DNA of 64,000 bases from the IMG/VR virus record IMGVR_UViG_3300047672_000041, positions 6,008 to 70,007 of that record; one strand, given 5' to 3'. A model generated the notes under the pieces. The model was not told where the DNA came from. It ran no database searches and worked only from the letters and a program-made list of their open reading frames with translations. The stretch comes from a virus. Its lineage: Duplodnaviria; Caudoviricetes. Position numbers and translations under genes: made by a program. Positions 35,736 to 44,930 of the stretch are shown here, piece after piece (within the stretch, counting starts at the first letter, position 1; each line of letters starts with the position of its first letter).

Positions 35736-37363
35736 GGCAGCGCGGTCCCCCCGGACCCGTGCAGCGGCGCGACGTAGGTGTTGTTACCGCCCTTGGTGTG
35801 CCCGGACGACTTGTAGGACACGTCGGTCATCCGGGTTCCGGCCCGCATCGAGTTGGTGCCGGTGAAGTCGACGAAATCCGAGGAGGTGCCCGACCCGGCC
35901 AGGACCAGGCACAGCCCCCACGGGGCGGACGGGTCACCGACGGGCAGCCCGCAGTCGATGAAGTTGTTTCCGTCGATCTTGATGTAGGTGCCGTTGGACA
36001 GCGCGATGGCGCCGGGCGCGATGGCCCCGGACTCGCTGCCGCACTGGTAGAACTCGTTGCGGTCGATCGTCACGTCGACCGAGGCGTAGCCGGACCCGAT
36101 CTGCACGGCGGCGAAGGGCGACCCGGCGACGTCGTTCCCGGCGACCCGGACGCCGCGCGCCCCGTCGATCGAGATCAGCCGCCGTGCCCCGAACGTCTGA
36201 TTGTTGATCACCTGGATGTTCTGGCGGGCGCTGGACGTGGTCGCGGCGGCCTGGAACAGCAGGTTGACCGGCAGGCAGGTGGCGTCGAGGTTGCGGAAGG
36301 TGTTCTCGGCGATCAGCCAGCCCGAGGGGAGGGTGGTGAAGGTCCCGATCCCGGCCATCAGGGTGCCGATCGCGGCCGACCCGCCGATGCCGTCGAACCG
36401 GTTGTTGACGATCTTGAGGTCGCGCAGGATGCCGAAGGTGTTCCCGATGTTGGGCTCGATGTCGATGGCGCCGGGCATGTCGGAGCGGGTGCACCGGCGG
36501 AACGTGTTCCCCGACACCAGCAGGTCGTCGCAGTCGATCACCGAGATGGCGTTGCGGTTGTCCTTGTTGACCCCGTCGAACACGCTGTTGACGATCTTCA
36601 CGCGTTGGTTGTGGCGCTCCGTGCTGCCGGTGTTGGAGCTGCCCAGGTAGATCGCGTCGGAGCGGAAGCCGAGGAAGGTGCAGCCGTCGACGAGCACGTC
36701 GGAGCAGGCGTTGAGGTTCAGCTGGGCGTCGCCCTGCCGGAACGTGTTCACCGCGACGTTGTCGTCGAACACCACGCCCAGGATCGAGACGCGGGCGATG
36801 TTCGTGGTCGGGTCCGACGACCCCCCGGACCCCGAGTTGATCGACATGGTGTAGGTGGACGCGGCCTTGCGCAGCAGCTTCCCGCCCCGCCCGCCGTAGA
36901 CCGTCGTCCCGGACGCCAGGGTCAGCCCGCCGACCAGGTACGGGCGCTCGATCAGCACCGCCCGGCCCGAGTCCAGTGCGGCCTGGACCGCCGTGGAGTC
37001 GTCGGTGGTGCCGTCCCCGGCGGCGCCGTAGGTCATCGGCGAGGCCAGCGTCGACCCGACACCGAGGACGTCCAGCGACCCCTTGGTCAGGACCACCGAC
37101 GCCGCACACCCGACCGGGTGCGCCACCGCCAGGGTGCTCTCCCCGCCCCGGGTGACCGTCATGGTGTCGGCGGCGGCGGTGTGCGCGGTGACGATCATAA
37201 TCTCGTTCTGCACCTGGATGCGCATGGTCGACCCGGCGGGCACCGCCGGGAACCGGGAGCCCTGACCCGAGGCGAGGGTGAGCGTCGTCCCGCCCGAGCC
37301 GGGGTCGGCGCCGGTGGTGCCGATCCCGATCGTGCCGACCGCGTTGCTCAGTACCTCCGGCAT
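35732..37363 (-). CDS. right-handed beta-helix (pectate lyase 3-like) depolymerase / fibre
   Basis: YGAAGDGTTDDSTAVQAALD followed by PbH-type repeats. Confidence 0.88.
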   Translation of the reverse strand: MPEVLSNAVGTIGIGTTGADPGSGGTTLTLASGQGSRFPAVPAGSTMRIQVQNEIMIVTAHTAAADTMTVTRGGESTLAVAHPVGCAASVVLTKGSLDVLGVGSTLASPMTYGAAGDGTTDDSTAVQAALDSGRAVLIERPYLVGGLTLASGTTVYGGRGGKLLRKAASTYTMSINSGSGGSSDPTTNIARVSILGVVFDDNVAVNTFRQGDAQLNLNACSDVLVDGCTFLGFRSDAIYLGSSNTGSTERHNQRVKIVNSVFDGVNKDNRNAISVIDCDDLLVSGNTFRRCTRSDMPGAIDIEPNIGNTFGILRDLKIVNNRFDGIGGSAAIGTLMAGIGTFTTLPSGWLIAENTFRNLDATCLPVNLLFQAAATTSSARQNIQVINNQTFGARRLISIDGARGVRVAGNDVAGSPFAAVQIGSGYASVDVTIDRNEFYQCGSESGAIAPGAIALSNGTYIKIDGNNFIDCGLPVGDPSAPWGLCLVLAGSGTSSDFVDFTGTNSMRAGTRMTDVSYKSSGHTKGGNNTYVAPLHGSGGTALP

Positions 37364-37379
37364 GCCCGCCCCGTCCCGT

Positions 37380-37646
37380 TCATGGTCCGGTCACCACGCG
37401 CCAGACCCGGTCGGTGATCGCGGCGGTGCCCGCGACCTCGGTCGGGGTGATCGCCACCGTGCCGCCCAGGCTCACCGATTGATCCACTCCGGCGGCCACC
37501 GTCGGGTACTGGACGATCGAGTCGAACCCGGCTCCGGCGCCCCGTACCGCGCCGGTCCCGGCGTCGACGTACTCGATCGGGGCGGCGGCCAGGGCCAGCG
37601 CCACCGGGGGGCGGCGGATCGGGCGAGCGCGACCGAGACGAGCCAC
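37380..37646 (-). CDS. short protein; N-terminal half of a PKD-like domain
   Basis: AGVDQSVSLGGTV...ITDRVWRVVTGP; shares GTGAVRGAGAG with the repeat protein. Confidence 0.6.
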   Translation of the reverse strand: MARLGRARPIRRPPVALALAAAPIEYVDAGTGAVRGAGAGFDSIVQYPTVAAGVDQSVSLGGTVAITPTEVAGTAAITDRVWRVVTGP

Positions 37647-37671
37647 CGATCAGCTCCCGCCCGCTAGTGGA

Positions 37672-38169
37672 TCACTCGTTCCAGAGCATGAAACACATGG
37701 CGTTGACGGCGGCGGTGGCGGTGACCCGGATCCGGACGATGTTCCCCGGCGGGATCCAGAACTCGCGGCCCAGCGACCATTCGTTGCGGTCGCCGTTGCC
37801 GGGCAGGACCGAGTTGAGCGAGCCGTAGCGGGTGGTGGTGATCGTGCCCTCGGCCGTCGCGGTGTAGCCCGAGTTGGTGGTCGACCCGATCTGCACCGCC
37901 GACGCGATCGGCAGGTGCGAGCTGATGCACTGCAACCCGGCCGCGACGTGCGCGGTGACCGTCGCCGCGACCGTGCCGGTGTCGATCAGCTCGCATTTGA
38001 TCGGGGTGGTGCCGGTGCCGTCGAAGTCGACGTGCCACTTCCAGATGGTGATCCCGGTGGCGGCCGGGGCCTTGATCTGGAGCAGGGTTTTGATCGCGGT
38101 GCCGGTGGTCACCGGCACGTAGGCGGCGGTGGTGACCATGGGGCCGTTGTAGGCGATGAAATCGGGCAC
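37672..38169 (-). CDS. hypothetical virion protein
   Basis: Thr-rich beta protein in fibre block. Confidence 0.75.
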   Translation of the reverse strand: MPDFIAYNGPMVTTAAYVPVTTGTAIKTLLQIKAPAATGITIWKWHVDFDGTGTTPIKCELIDTGTVAATVTAHVAAGLQCISSHLPIASAVQIGSTTNSGYTATAEGTITTTRYGSLNSVLPGNGDRNEWSLGREFWIPPGNIVRIRVTATAAVNAMCFMLWNE

Positions 38170-38179
38170 GCGGTCTCCC

Positions 38180-40249
38180 TCACCAGCAGGCGGCGCGGTG
38201 GCGCGCCCGGTTGATCACGTGGGTCTCTTGCAGGGTCACCGTCGGCGCGGCGCCGCCGGTGGGGTTCATCGCGAAGCTGACCGCCAGGTACTTGTCGGTC
38301 GCGGTCGCGGCGTAGGTGGCGGTCTTCGTCCCCGGCGTGGTCGTCGGGGCCAGCAGCGTCGCCGCCGACCCGGCCAGGAATCCCGAGTCCGCGTCCTGCG
38401 CCTCGATCATGCCGCCGGGCGGGGTGTAGGACCGGGTGCCGACCGTGGACTGGGTCGCCCACGCGCACACCAGGGCGCCGGTGGCGGCGGCGGTCGCGCC
38501 CGGGGTGATGGCCGGGGCGACCTGCGACGCGGCGGCGGTGACCTCGGACCAGGACGGCAGCACGTCGAACGGGGTGGTGGTGTCCACGCCGGTGAACGTC
38601 AGGGCGATGACCACGCTGGACGCGCCGGTGTCCTGCGGCACGGTCCAGGTCGACCCCTCCGAGCCGCCGGTCGCTTTCCACCACACCTTCCCGCGCGGGG
38701 TGCTGGCCCCGCCGGGGCTCGACGACCCGGCCTGGGCGAACCCGGACGGGGTGGTGAGGTTGGCCAGCGCCCCGTCCATGTCGCAGAAGCCGATCAGCAC
38801 GGCCACGTCGCCGGTGGTGGTCCCGGCCGGGACCGGGGCGGCGGTCGAGGAGACCGAGCCGATCGCGGTGACCTTGGACGACGCGCGGACCTGAACCCCG
38901 GTCGGGACCGGCGGAGCCAGGGCCAGGTTGATCACGGCGCCGGGGCGGGTCGCGCCGACGATGGTGATGGTGCGGGTGCCCGACGGCCCGGACGCGGCCA
39001 GGAACTCGTAGCCGGTCCGCATGGTGCAGAACCCGGAGTCGCGTTCGGTGAGTGCGGTCATGCTGCCGGGGAAGGTGTAGCCGCTGTCGGCGTCGCCGCC
39101 GTTCAGCCCGGCCAGCACGTAGACGCTGGCCGAGGAGGTGGGCGACACCCCGGAGGCGACCCACGTCGCCGCGTCGGCCTTGGTCTCGGGCAGCGCGTAC
39201 TCGATCACCATCGACCCGGCGAACACGATGATCTGCTGGTAGACCTCGTCACCGAAGCTCGGGCCGGAGTTGGCGATCACCGTCTGCGCCCCGGCGGCGG
39301 TGGCGGTGCCCAGCCAGACCTTGATGTGCTCGCCGTTGGTCCCGCCGTCGCGGCGGGCGGCGAGGTGCTCGGCCCACGTCGTCACGGCGGTCCCGGTCGG
39401 GGTGCCCAGGTTGCCGATCGTGAAGAAGTCGCTCATGTGGATCAGCAGGATGGTGTCGCCGATCTGCGTCCCGGCCGGGGTGGTGGTCGACAACGTCCCG
39501 GCGCCCGAGCCGGACATGGCGTTGGACGCCTCGCCCCGGATCGTGAACGGCGGGATCAGCGTCTGGCGGACCCGGACGAACACGGTGCCGCCGGTGGACG
39601 CGGCGGACAGCGTCAGGGCGTGCACCGGGGCGGCGCTCGACGTGCCCGCCGTCACCAACGCCTCGTGGATCTTGACGCTGGAGTCGGCGCCGTTCGCGGA
39701 CCCGGCGTCGGCCCGCTCGGTGACCGTGCCCAGCGTCGCGCTGGTCGCGGTCAGGGTGGGGGTGGTGGCGGTGATGACCCCGTCGGCGGTGGTGGGCGAG
39801 ACGCCGGTCAGGGCCAGCAGCCCGTCCCCGGCGGTGATCGACAGGTTGGCCGCGCCGGTGGCCGAGAAGCCGGTGCCCGAGGTGGTGTCGGTGCCGGTGG
39901 TGACCGACTCGCCGGTGATCTCGTAGCCCGAGTCGGGCCGGTAGGTCGCCGCCGACGCGCCGATCGCGCCGGTGGTGGTGGTGCCGACCACGGCCAGCGT
40001 CGGCATCGTCCACACGCCGTCGTAGGTGCGGGCCAGGACGGTCACCCGGATCGTGCCGCCCAGCACCGACGCGGACAGGCTGGTCCAGCCGGTGGTGCCG
40101 GTGATCGCGGTCCCGGACGGCTTGGACGCGCACACGATGTAGACCCGGTCCCCGCTGGCGGTGCCCGCTGGGAGGGTCGGCGTGGCGGTGGGGTTGGCGA
40201 CCGTCGTCCCGAACACGGGGGTGCTCGCGGCGACGAACGCCAGAGCCAC
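38180..40249 (-). CDS. multi-domain fibre/adhesin-like protein (three tandem beta modules)
   Basis: 689 aa; repeated P.GT..GD....I modules. Confidence 0.8.
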   Translation of the reverse strand: MALAFVAASTPVFGTTVANPTATPTLPAGTASGDRVYIVCASKPSGTAITGTTGWTSLSASVLGGTIRVTVLARTYDGVWTMPTLAVVGTTTTGAIGASAATYRPDSGYEITGESVTTGTDTTSGTGFSATGAANLSITAGDGLLALTGVSPTTADGVITATTPTLTATSATLGTVTERADAGSANGADSSVKIHEALVTAGTSSAAPVHALTLSAASTGGTVFVRVRQTLIPPFTIRGEASNAMSGSGAGTLSTTTPAGTQIGDTILLIHMSDFFTIGNLGTPTGTAVTTWAEHLAARRDGGTNGEHIKVWLGTATAAGAQTVIANSGPSFGDEVYQQIIVFAGSMVIEYALPETKADAATWVASGVSPTSSASVYVLAGLNGGDADSGYTFPGSMTALTERDSGFCTMRTGYEFLAASGPSGTRTITIVGATRPGAVINLALAPPVPTGVQVRASSKVTAIGSVSSTAAPVPAGTTTGDVAVLIGFCDMDGALANLTTPSGFAQAGSSSPGGASTPRGKVWWKATGGSEGSTWTVPQDTGASSVVIALTFTGVDTTTPFDVLPSWSEVTAAASQVAPAITPGATAAATGALVCAWATQSTVGTRSYTPPGGMIEAQDADSGFLAGSAATLLAPTTTPGTKTATYAATATDKYLAVSFAMNPTGGAAPTVTLQETHVINRARHRAACW

Positions 40250-40252
40250 GGT

Positions 40253-40564
40253 CTAGGCCTCGGACGGCAGGATGATCCGCGACCGGACCGGCGACGGGAT
40301 CTCGTCGCGCACCTGGTCCGGGTCGGCGTCGGGGTAGGCGTCCTCCGGGGTCTCCCACTCGGGGAGGTTGGCCTGGCGCAGCAGCAGGTTAAGCCGCCGC
40401 CAACACGCGCGGCACGCGGGCGAGCGCTCGACCGCGTCACCCGGGTACTGCGGCACGGTGAACGCGTTACCGACGAACCGGGACCGGCAGCCGCCGCAGC
40501 GCAGCGCCACCCAGAGTGGCTTGCGGCGGTGGTGCACCCCGGGCGGCGTCAGCAGATGCGCCAT
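40253..40564 (-). CDS. Zn-finger protein
   Basis: CGGC and CRAC; GGAGG RBS. Confidence 0.65.
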   Translation of the reverse strand: MAHLLTPPGVHHRRKPLWVALRCGGCRSRFVGNAFTVPQYPGDAVERSPACRACWRRLNLLLRQANLPEWETPEDAYPDADPDQVRDEIPSPVRSRIILPSEA

Positions 40565-40666
40565 CGGCTCCACCTCCAGGGGGGTCGGACTAGGCTCGCC
40601 TGGACGTAGAGCGCCCCCGCAGAGGTGCAACTCCCGGGGGCTGGCCGACTACCAAGGAGAGTCGAC

Positions 40667-41305
40667 GTGAACCAGCCTAAACCCGCCGCCGAACAGTGGC
40701 GGCCCGTCCTCGGATTCGAGGGCTACTACGAGGTCTCAGACCACGGCCGGGTCCGATCGCTTGCCCGGGAGGTGCGCGCCGGTTACGGGCGGACTCGATG
40801 GATGCCGGGCCAGATGCTGCACCCCTGCGTCCACAACCCGTACGGGCACGTCCTGGTGATCCTGTCGGCGGCCGGGCAGCGCAAGACCAGGACGGTTCAC
40901 CGGCTGGTCCTGGAGGCGTTCGTCGGACCCCGCCCGGACGGTCTGGAGGCCTGCCACGGCCCCGGCGGCGGCGGCGACAACCACCTGACCAACCTCCGCT
41001 GGGACACCCACAGCGCGAACGTGCGTGACTCGGTGGCGGACCGGACTCACGTCATGGTCAGCCGACCCGACTGCCCGCGCGGTCACGCGCTGACCGCGCC
41101 GAACCTCACGCCGAACATCGCCCGGGACGGGAACCGGAGCTGCTACGCCTGCTCCCTCACCCACGCCTGGGCGTCGCGGCGGCGGCTGCGCTCGTCCGAT
41201 CCCGAGTGGATCGCCGAGGCCAACCGGCGACACGCCGAGATCCTGCACTTCGGCGAGCCGATCCGGTACAGCAACAGCGGCCGGGTGGAGCGATGGGTGC
41301 CGTAG
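40667..41305 (+). CDS. NUMOD4-HNH homing endonuclease
   Basis: WRPVLGFEGYYEVSDHGRVRS; VHRLVLEAF...ACH...DNHLTNLRW. Confidence 0.92.
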   Translation: MNQPKPAAEQWRPVLGFEGYYEVSDHGRVRSLAREVRAGYGRTRWMPGQMLHPCVHNPYGHVLVILSAAGQRKTRTVHRLVLEAFVGPRPDGLEACHGPGGGGDNHLTNLRWDTHSANVRDSVADRTHVMVSRPDCPRGHALTAPNLTPNIARDGNRSCYACSLTHAWASRRRLRSSDPEWIAEANRRHAEILHFGEPIRYSNSGRVERWVP

Positions 41306-41310
41306 TGGAT

Positions 41311-41772
41311 CTACGGCAACATACCGTATGTGGGTGTGACTTTGACAACGTCGCCGAGGCTCAATGAGGCGATGGCGGTGGTGTCATCGAAGTTGCAAAT
41401 CATGATCGACTTTTCGGAGCCGTGGGCCAGCAGGTCGCACAGGAAGAACCCGTTGATCGCGGTCGCGTAGGCGGCCCCGGCGGCCGGGAACGACACCTGC
41501 CCGGCGGCGGTCTGGCGGCCACCGGATGCGGCGCCGGACCCGGCGCCGGTCGCACCCCAGGACCCGGACGCGACGGGCTGGCGGGCGTAGCTGGTCGGCG
41601 CGGCCTCGCCGATCGTGGTGTACGTCGAGAGCACCGTCGCGAACGCGGGCGTCGTGGACGCGCTCCCGCCGGTGGTCCACAGCCCCACGTGGGTCGTGGT
41701 GAGGTTGGTGCCGCCCTTCGGGAAGATCGCCAGGATGAGGTCGATGCCCTCGCTAGTGAACGTCTCGGCCAT
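41311..41772 (-). CDS. virion fibre/collar-type protein
   Basis: SYARQPV...VSFPAA motif common in head-adjacent fibre genes. Confidence 0.7.
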   Translation of the reverse strand: MAETFTSEGIDLILAIFPKGGTNLTTTHVGLWTTGGSASTTPAFATVLSTYTTIGEAAPTSYARQPVASGSWGATGAGSGAASGGRQTAAGQVSFPAAGAAYATAINGFFLCDLLAHGSEKSIMICNFDDTTAIASLSLGDVVKVTPTYGMLP

Positions 41773-41906
41773 GAGGGATTCCTTCTGGGTGTGAGCGAGG
41801 AGGTGCGGTGGAGGCGCCGCCCCCCAGCCGGGGACGCGACAGAAGGTGGAGCCCCCACCGCGAGGGCCCGGCCACGGGCAGGTGCGGCCGGGCGGTACTG
41901 CGGGGG

Positions 41907-42245
41907 TCAGGCCTTGGGCGGCGCGGGCGGCGAGGACGCCGGGGCCTTCTTGGCGACGGGCTTCTCGGCCTCCGCCTCCGCCGGGGGTGCCGGGTGGGCC
42001 GCCTTGAGGTTCTCGACGTGCTGCGCGGCCAGGACTTCCTTCTGGTCGGCGTACTCCTTCGCGGCCTCGGAGGCGGGCGTGCCTCCGGCGATGTTCTGGC
42101 CGCGCTCGTCGACGTCGTCGGCGACGACCCCGGCGCCGGGCTGGGCCACCGCGAACGCGGACGCGGCCGGGTGCTTCGGGTCGAAGGTGTTCGCGTCGTC
42201 GGCGAGGTGGGCCGGGGTGTGCTGGATCGGGGCGTCGTCAGACAT
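41907..42245 (-). CDS. acidic/Pro-rich hypothetical protein
   Basis: GGAGG RBS; coupled. Confidence 0.65.
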   Translation of the reverse strand: MSDDAPIQHTPAHLADDANTFDPKHPAASAFAVAQPGAGVVADDVDERGQNIAGGTPASEAAKEYADQKEVLAAQHVENLKAAHPAPPAEAEAEKPVAKKAPASSPPAPPKA

Positions 42246-42513
42246 GGGGGACCTCCACAGGGGTCGTCGTCGGTGTCGTCATCGCGGCGGGCCGGATCTC
42301 CCCGGGGGCCGCCGTGGCCTGCTCGACCGCCGACCGCCGCGCGAACTGCGCGGTGGCGGGCTCGAAGTAGGAGCGGTGGGTGGTCAGGATCGGGTCGTCG
42401 TCGAGCACCTCCTGGCCCTCGCCGTAGACGGTCGGCACCCCGCCGTGGAACACGGCGAAACTGGAGGTGCACCGCCACAGCACGTGCGAGTCACGGGGCG
42501 GTCGGGGCATCAC
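42238..42513 (-). CDS. hypothetical head-module protein
   Basis: EQATAAPGE motif common after capsid genes. Confidence 0.65.
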   Translation of the reverse strand: MMPRPPRDSHVLWRCTSSFAVFHGGVPTVYGEGQEVLDDDPILTTHRSYFEPATAQFARRSAVEQATAAPGEIRPAAMTTPTTTPVEVPHV

Positions 42514-43027
42514 GGGTCCTCTCGATCAGTGGTTCCAGCTCCGCCGGGACGGGCTCCCGGACGAACGGGCCCAGCGGCCGGTCGACGGCGTGGCGGCGGT
42601 CGATGACCAGCGACACCCGCCACCGGGCGGTGTCGTTGATCAGCCAGTGCGGCTCCCAGTGGGCCGCCGGGAACGGCCGCCCCGGGGTCGGGACGAACGT
42701 CACCCCGCCGAACGTGACCCGTCCGGCGACCTCGATCGGCACGTGCCAGCGCTGCCACCACGGCCCGGCGTCGCGGTGCGGGGTGATGAACCCGCCCGGG
42801 TCGAGCGCCGACAGCCACGCCCCGACGACCGGCTCGAACGCCTCCAGGACGACGGCGAAGTGTTCGGCGTGCCGGTGCCGGTACCCGTCGGAGATCAGCG
42901 GGACCCGGCGGTAGCCGTGATGCACGCGGGTGTCGCGGTAGTGCGAGGGCAGCGACCACGCGGCGGGCGGGATCAGCCCCAGCGCGGCCCGCAGCAGCAG
43001 CGGATCGATCAGGTCAGGAACGGGCAA
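42491..43027 (-). CDS. aspartyl/asparaginyl beta-hydroxylase-like 2OG-Fe(II) dioxygenase
   Basis: SALDPGGFITPHRD (HxD), RWHVPI, HWLIN (distal His), RVSLVID (Arg). Confidence 0.8.
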   Translation of the reverse strand: MPVPDLIDPLLLRAALGLIPPAAWSLPSHYRDTRVHHGYRRVPLISDGYRHRHAEHFAVVLEAFEPVVGAWLSALDPGGFITPHRDAGPWWQRWHVPIEVAGRVTFGGVTFVPTPGRPFPAAHWEPHWLINDTARWRVSLVIDRRHAVDRPLGPFVREPVPAELEPLIERTRDAPTAP

Positions 43028-43427
43028 CGGGCTCGGACGACGCGTCCGACATGACCGCGACCGCGCCGAACACCCCGCCCGTGGTGGCGCCGGAGGTCGT
43101 CACGACCAGCCGCAGGTACTGCCGGGCGACGGAGTGCCCGAACTGCAGGATGACGTCGTCGTCGGTGGCGGTGATCGTCGGCAGGGTGCCCTGGATCGAG
43201 CCGGAGTCGACGGCGGTCCAGCCGGTCGACCCGTCGGCCGAGTCCTGCAGCGTGACCGCGTGCGACCCGTCGGTGATCGTGCCGGTGGAGATCACGAACA
43301 GCACGGTCCGGAAGTCGTTGCCGAAGATCCCGGTGTCGACGGTGGTCCCGTTGGCGGCGCCGTTGGTGCGGGCGACCGAGGGGAGGGCGACCCGTGCGAG
43401 GGCCTGGTTGTAAAGGGAATCCCGCAC
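43014..43427 (-). CDS. capsid decoration/cement-like protein
   Basis: Directly after capsid gene; GTTVDT...VTLQDSADGS. Confidence 0.7.
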   Translation of the reverse strand: MRDSLYNQALARVALPSVARTNGAANGTTVDTGIFGNDFRTVLFVISTGTITDGSHAVTLQDSADGSTGWTAVDSGSIQGTLPTITATDDDVILQFGHSVARQYLRLVVTTSGATTGGVFGAVAVMSDASSEPVARS

Positions 43428-43466
43428 GGGATCGCCCCCTTTCCTCTGAATAGCGCGGAATAGCGG

Positions 43467-44921
43467 TCAGACGTTCAGCATCTTGAATGCGGCATCGTTC
43501 ACGGAATCGGCGCCGACCCGGAAGTATGCGTACCATCCGCGCTGGCCGGTCGGTCGCCGAGTCGCCCCAAAGAGGTGGGGAATATATTCGACCGTCGTGC
43601 CGATCCGGTCCGCGATCACGTAGCTGGAGAAGTCACCGAAAATGGCGAGGTAGTTCGACGCCAATGCGGTGATCGTGGACGCCATCGCCTCGTTGTAGTA
43701 GGCCGGGCGACCCAGCAGCTGGGACGGCACGTTGTTGCCCAGCGTCTCCCACAGGTTGGCCCCGCCCTGGGTGTCGAACCGGCGGACCAGGTTGGCCACG
43801 CCCCGGTGCATCAGCCACGACGCGTTCTCCGCGTACCGGGTCGGCAGGCCGGAGTCGAGCGCGTACACGTCGGCCACGGCGAACGCGTCACCGGTGGCCG
43901 CCGACACGACCGAACCGGTGCCGGTCAGGGCGGCGACGATCCCGGTCGGCTCGTTGGTGCCGGTGCCGGTGGTGAACGCCACCGACTCCATCCGGTCCTT
44001 CTCGAACGCGATCATCCGGCCGAGTTCGCCCGCCACGTTCGTCTCGTCCTGCTGCGCCTCGATCGAGATCGGCACGAACACCGCGCCCTTGTAGACCGGC
44101 ACGGTGGGCTGCACGAACACCGGGGCGTCGTCCGAGACTTCGGTGGCTTCCTGGTCCCAGGACCCGGTCACCCCGGCGGAGCTGATGCCGGACCACACGT
44201 CGCCGGTGGCGGTGACGGTGCGGGCGATCGTGCGGATCGGGTTCCGGGACCCGGCCGCTGTCAAGATCACCGTCGCGTCGAGCTGGAACGGGATCAGGAA
44301 TCCACCGGCCGCGTCGGTCAGGGACATGGCGCGGGCGTAGGCGGCCGACTCGTGCGCGTCGAGGACGGCGGCGTTGCCGCCCGCCCGGATCAGCTTGCCG
44401 AACGCCCGGAGGTAGTCCGGCGAGGACGAGGCGAGGAGCTGCAGGGCGAGGCGGGAGTCGGCCGTGTCGACGTAGTCGACCAGCTCGGTGCACACCTGGC
44501 GGACCTTGTCGTTGGCGCCCTGCATCCGCTCGATCGCGTCCCGGGCGCGGCCCCGCAGCTCCGCCGAGCGGGCCTGCGGGCCCTGCCCCATCCGCATCTG
44601 GGAGATGTCCCAGGGGTCGCGGAAGGTCGGGGCGTCGCGGATCGAGCGGGGCTGCCCGACCGGGTCGTCGTCGGGTTCGGCGGCGGCGTAGGGGGCGGTG
44701 GTCTCGGTGCGGCCCTCCTCCAGCGCGCCCCGGATCTCGGCCACGGCGGCGTCGTGCTCCAGGTTCAGCCGGTAGCCGTGGACCTCGCCGAACTCGGTGT
44801 AGAGGGCCGCGCTGCGGCGGTAGTCCTCGTCGGTCTTGGTGTCCTTCCCGGAGATGCGTTCGAGTTCCTCCTGGATGGACAGCTCGCGGTTGACGGCCTG
44901 CTTATGGGTGAGTGGATCCAT
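43467..44921 (-). CDS. major capsid protein (HK97 fold)
   Basis: GGFLIP, TGTGTNEPTGI, LLGRP, IFGDFSSYVIADR motifs. Confidence 0.95.
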   Translation of the reverse strand: MDPLTHKQAVNRELSIQEELERISGKDTKTDEDYRRSAALYTEFGEVHGYRLNLEHDAAVAEIRGALEEGRTETTAPYAAAEPDDDPVGQPRSIRDAPTFRDPWDISQMRMGQGPQARSAELRGRARDAIERMQGANDKVRQVCTELVDYVDTADSRLALQLLASSSPDYLRAFGKLIRAGGNAAVLDAHESAAYARAMSLTDAAGGFLIPFQLDATVILTAAGSRNPIRTIARTVTATGDVWSGISSAGVTGSWDQEATEVSDDAPVFVQPTVPVYKGAVFVPISIEAQQDETNVAGELGRMIAFEKDRMESVAFTTGTGTNEPTGIVAALTGTGSVVSAATGDAFAVADVYALDSGLPTRYAENASWLMHRGVANLVRRFDTQGGANLWETLGNNVPSQLLGRPAYYNEAMASTITALASNYLAIFGDFSSYVIADRIGTTVEYIPHLFGATRRPTGQRGWYAYFRVGADSVNDAAFKMLNV

Positions 44922-44930
44922 GTCGGTTCC

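Noticed and set aside
35732-37385. Self-splicing intron removing the beta-helix gene
   Set aside because: No group I or II features; joining at the CCATGA repeats (1648 bp apart) retains a stop codon.
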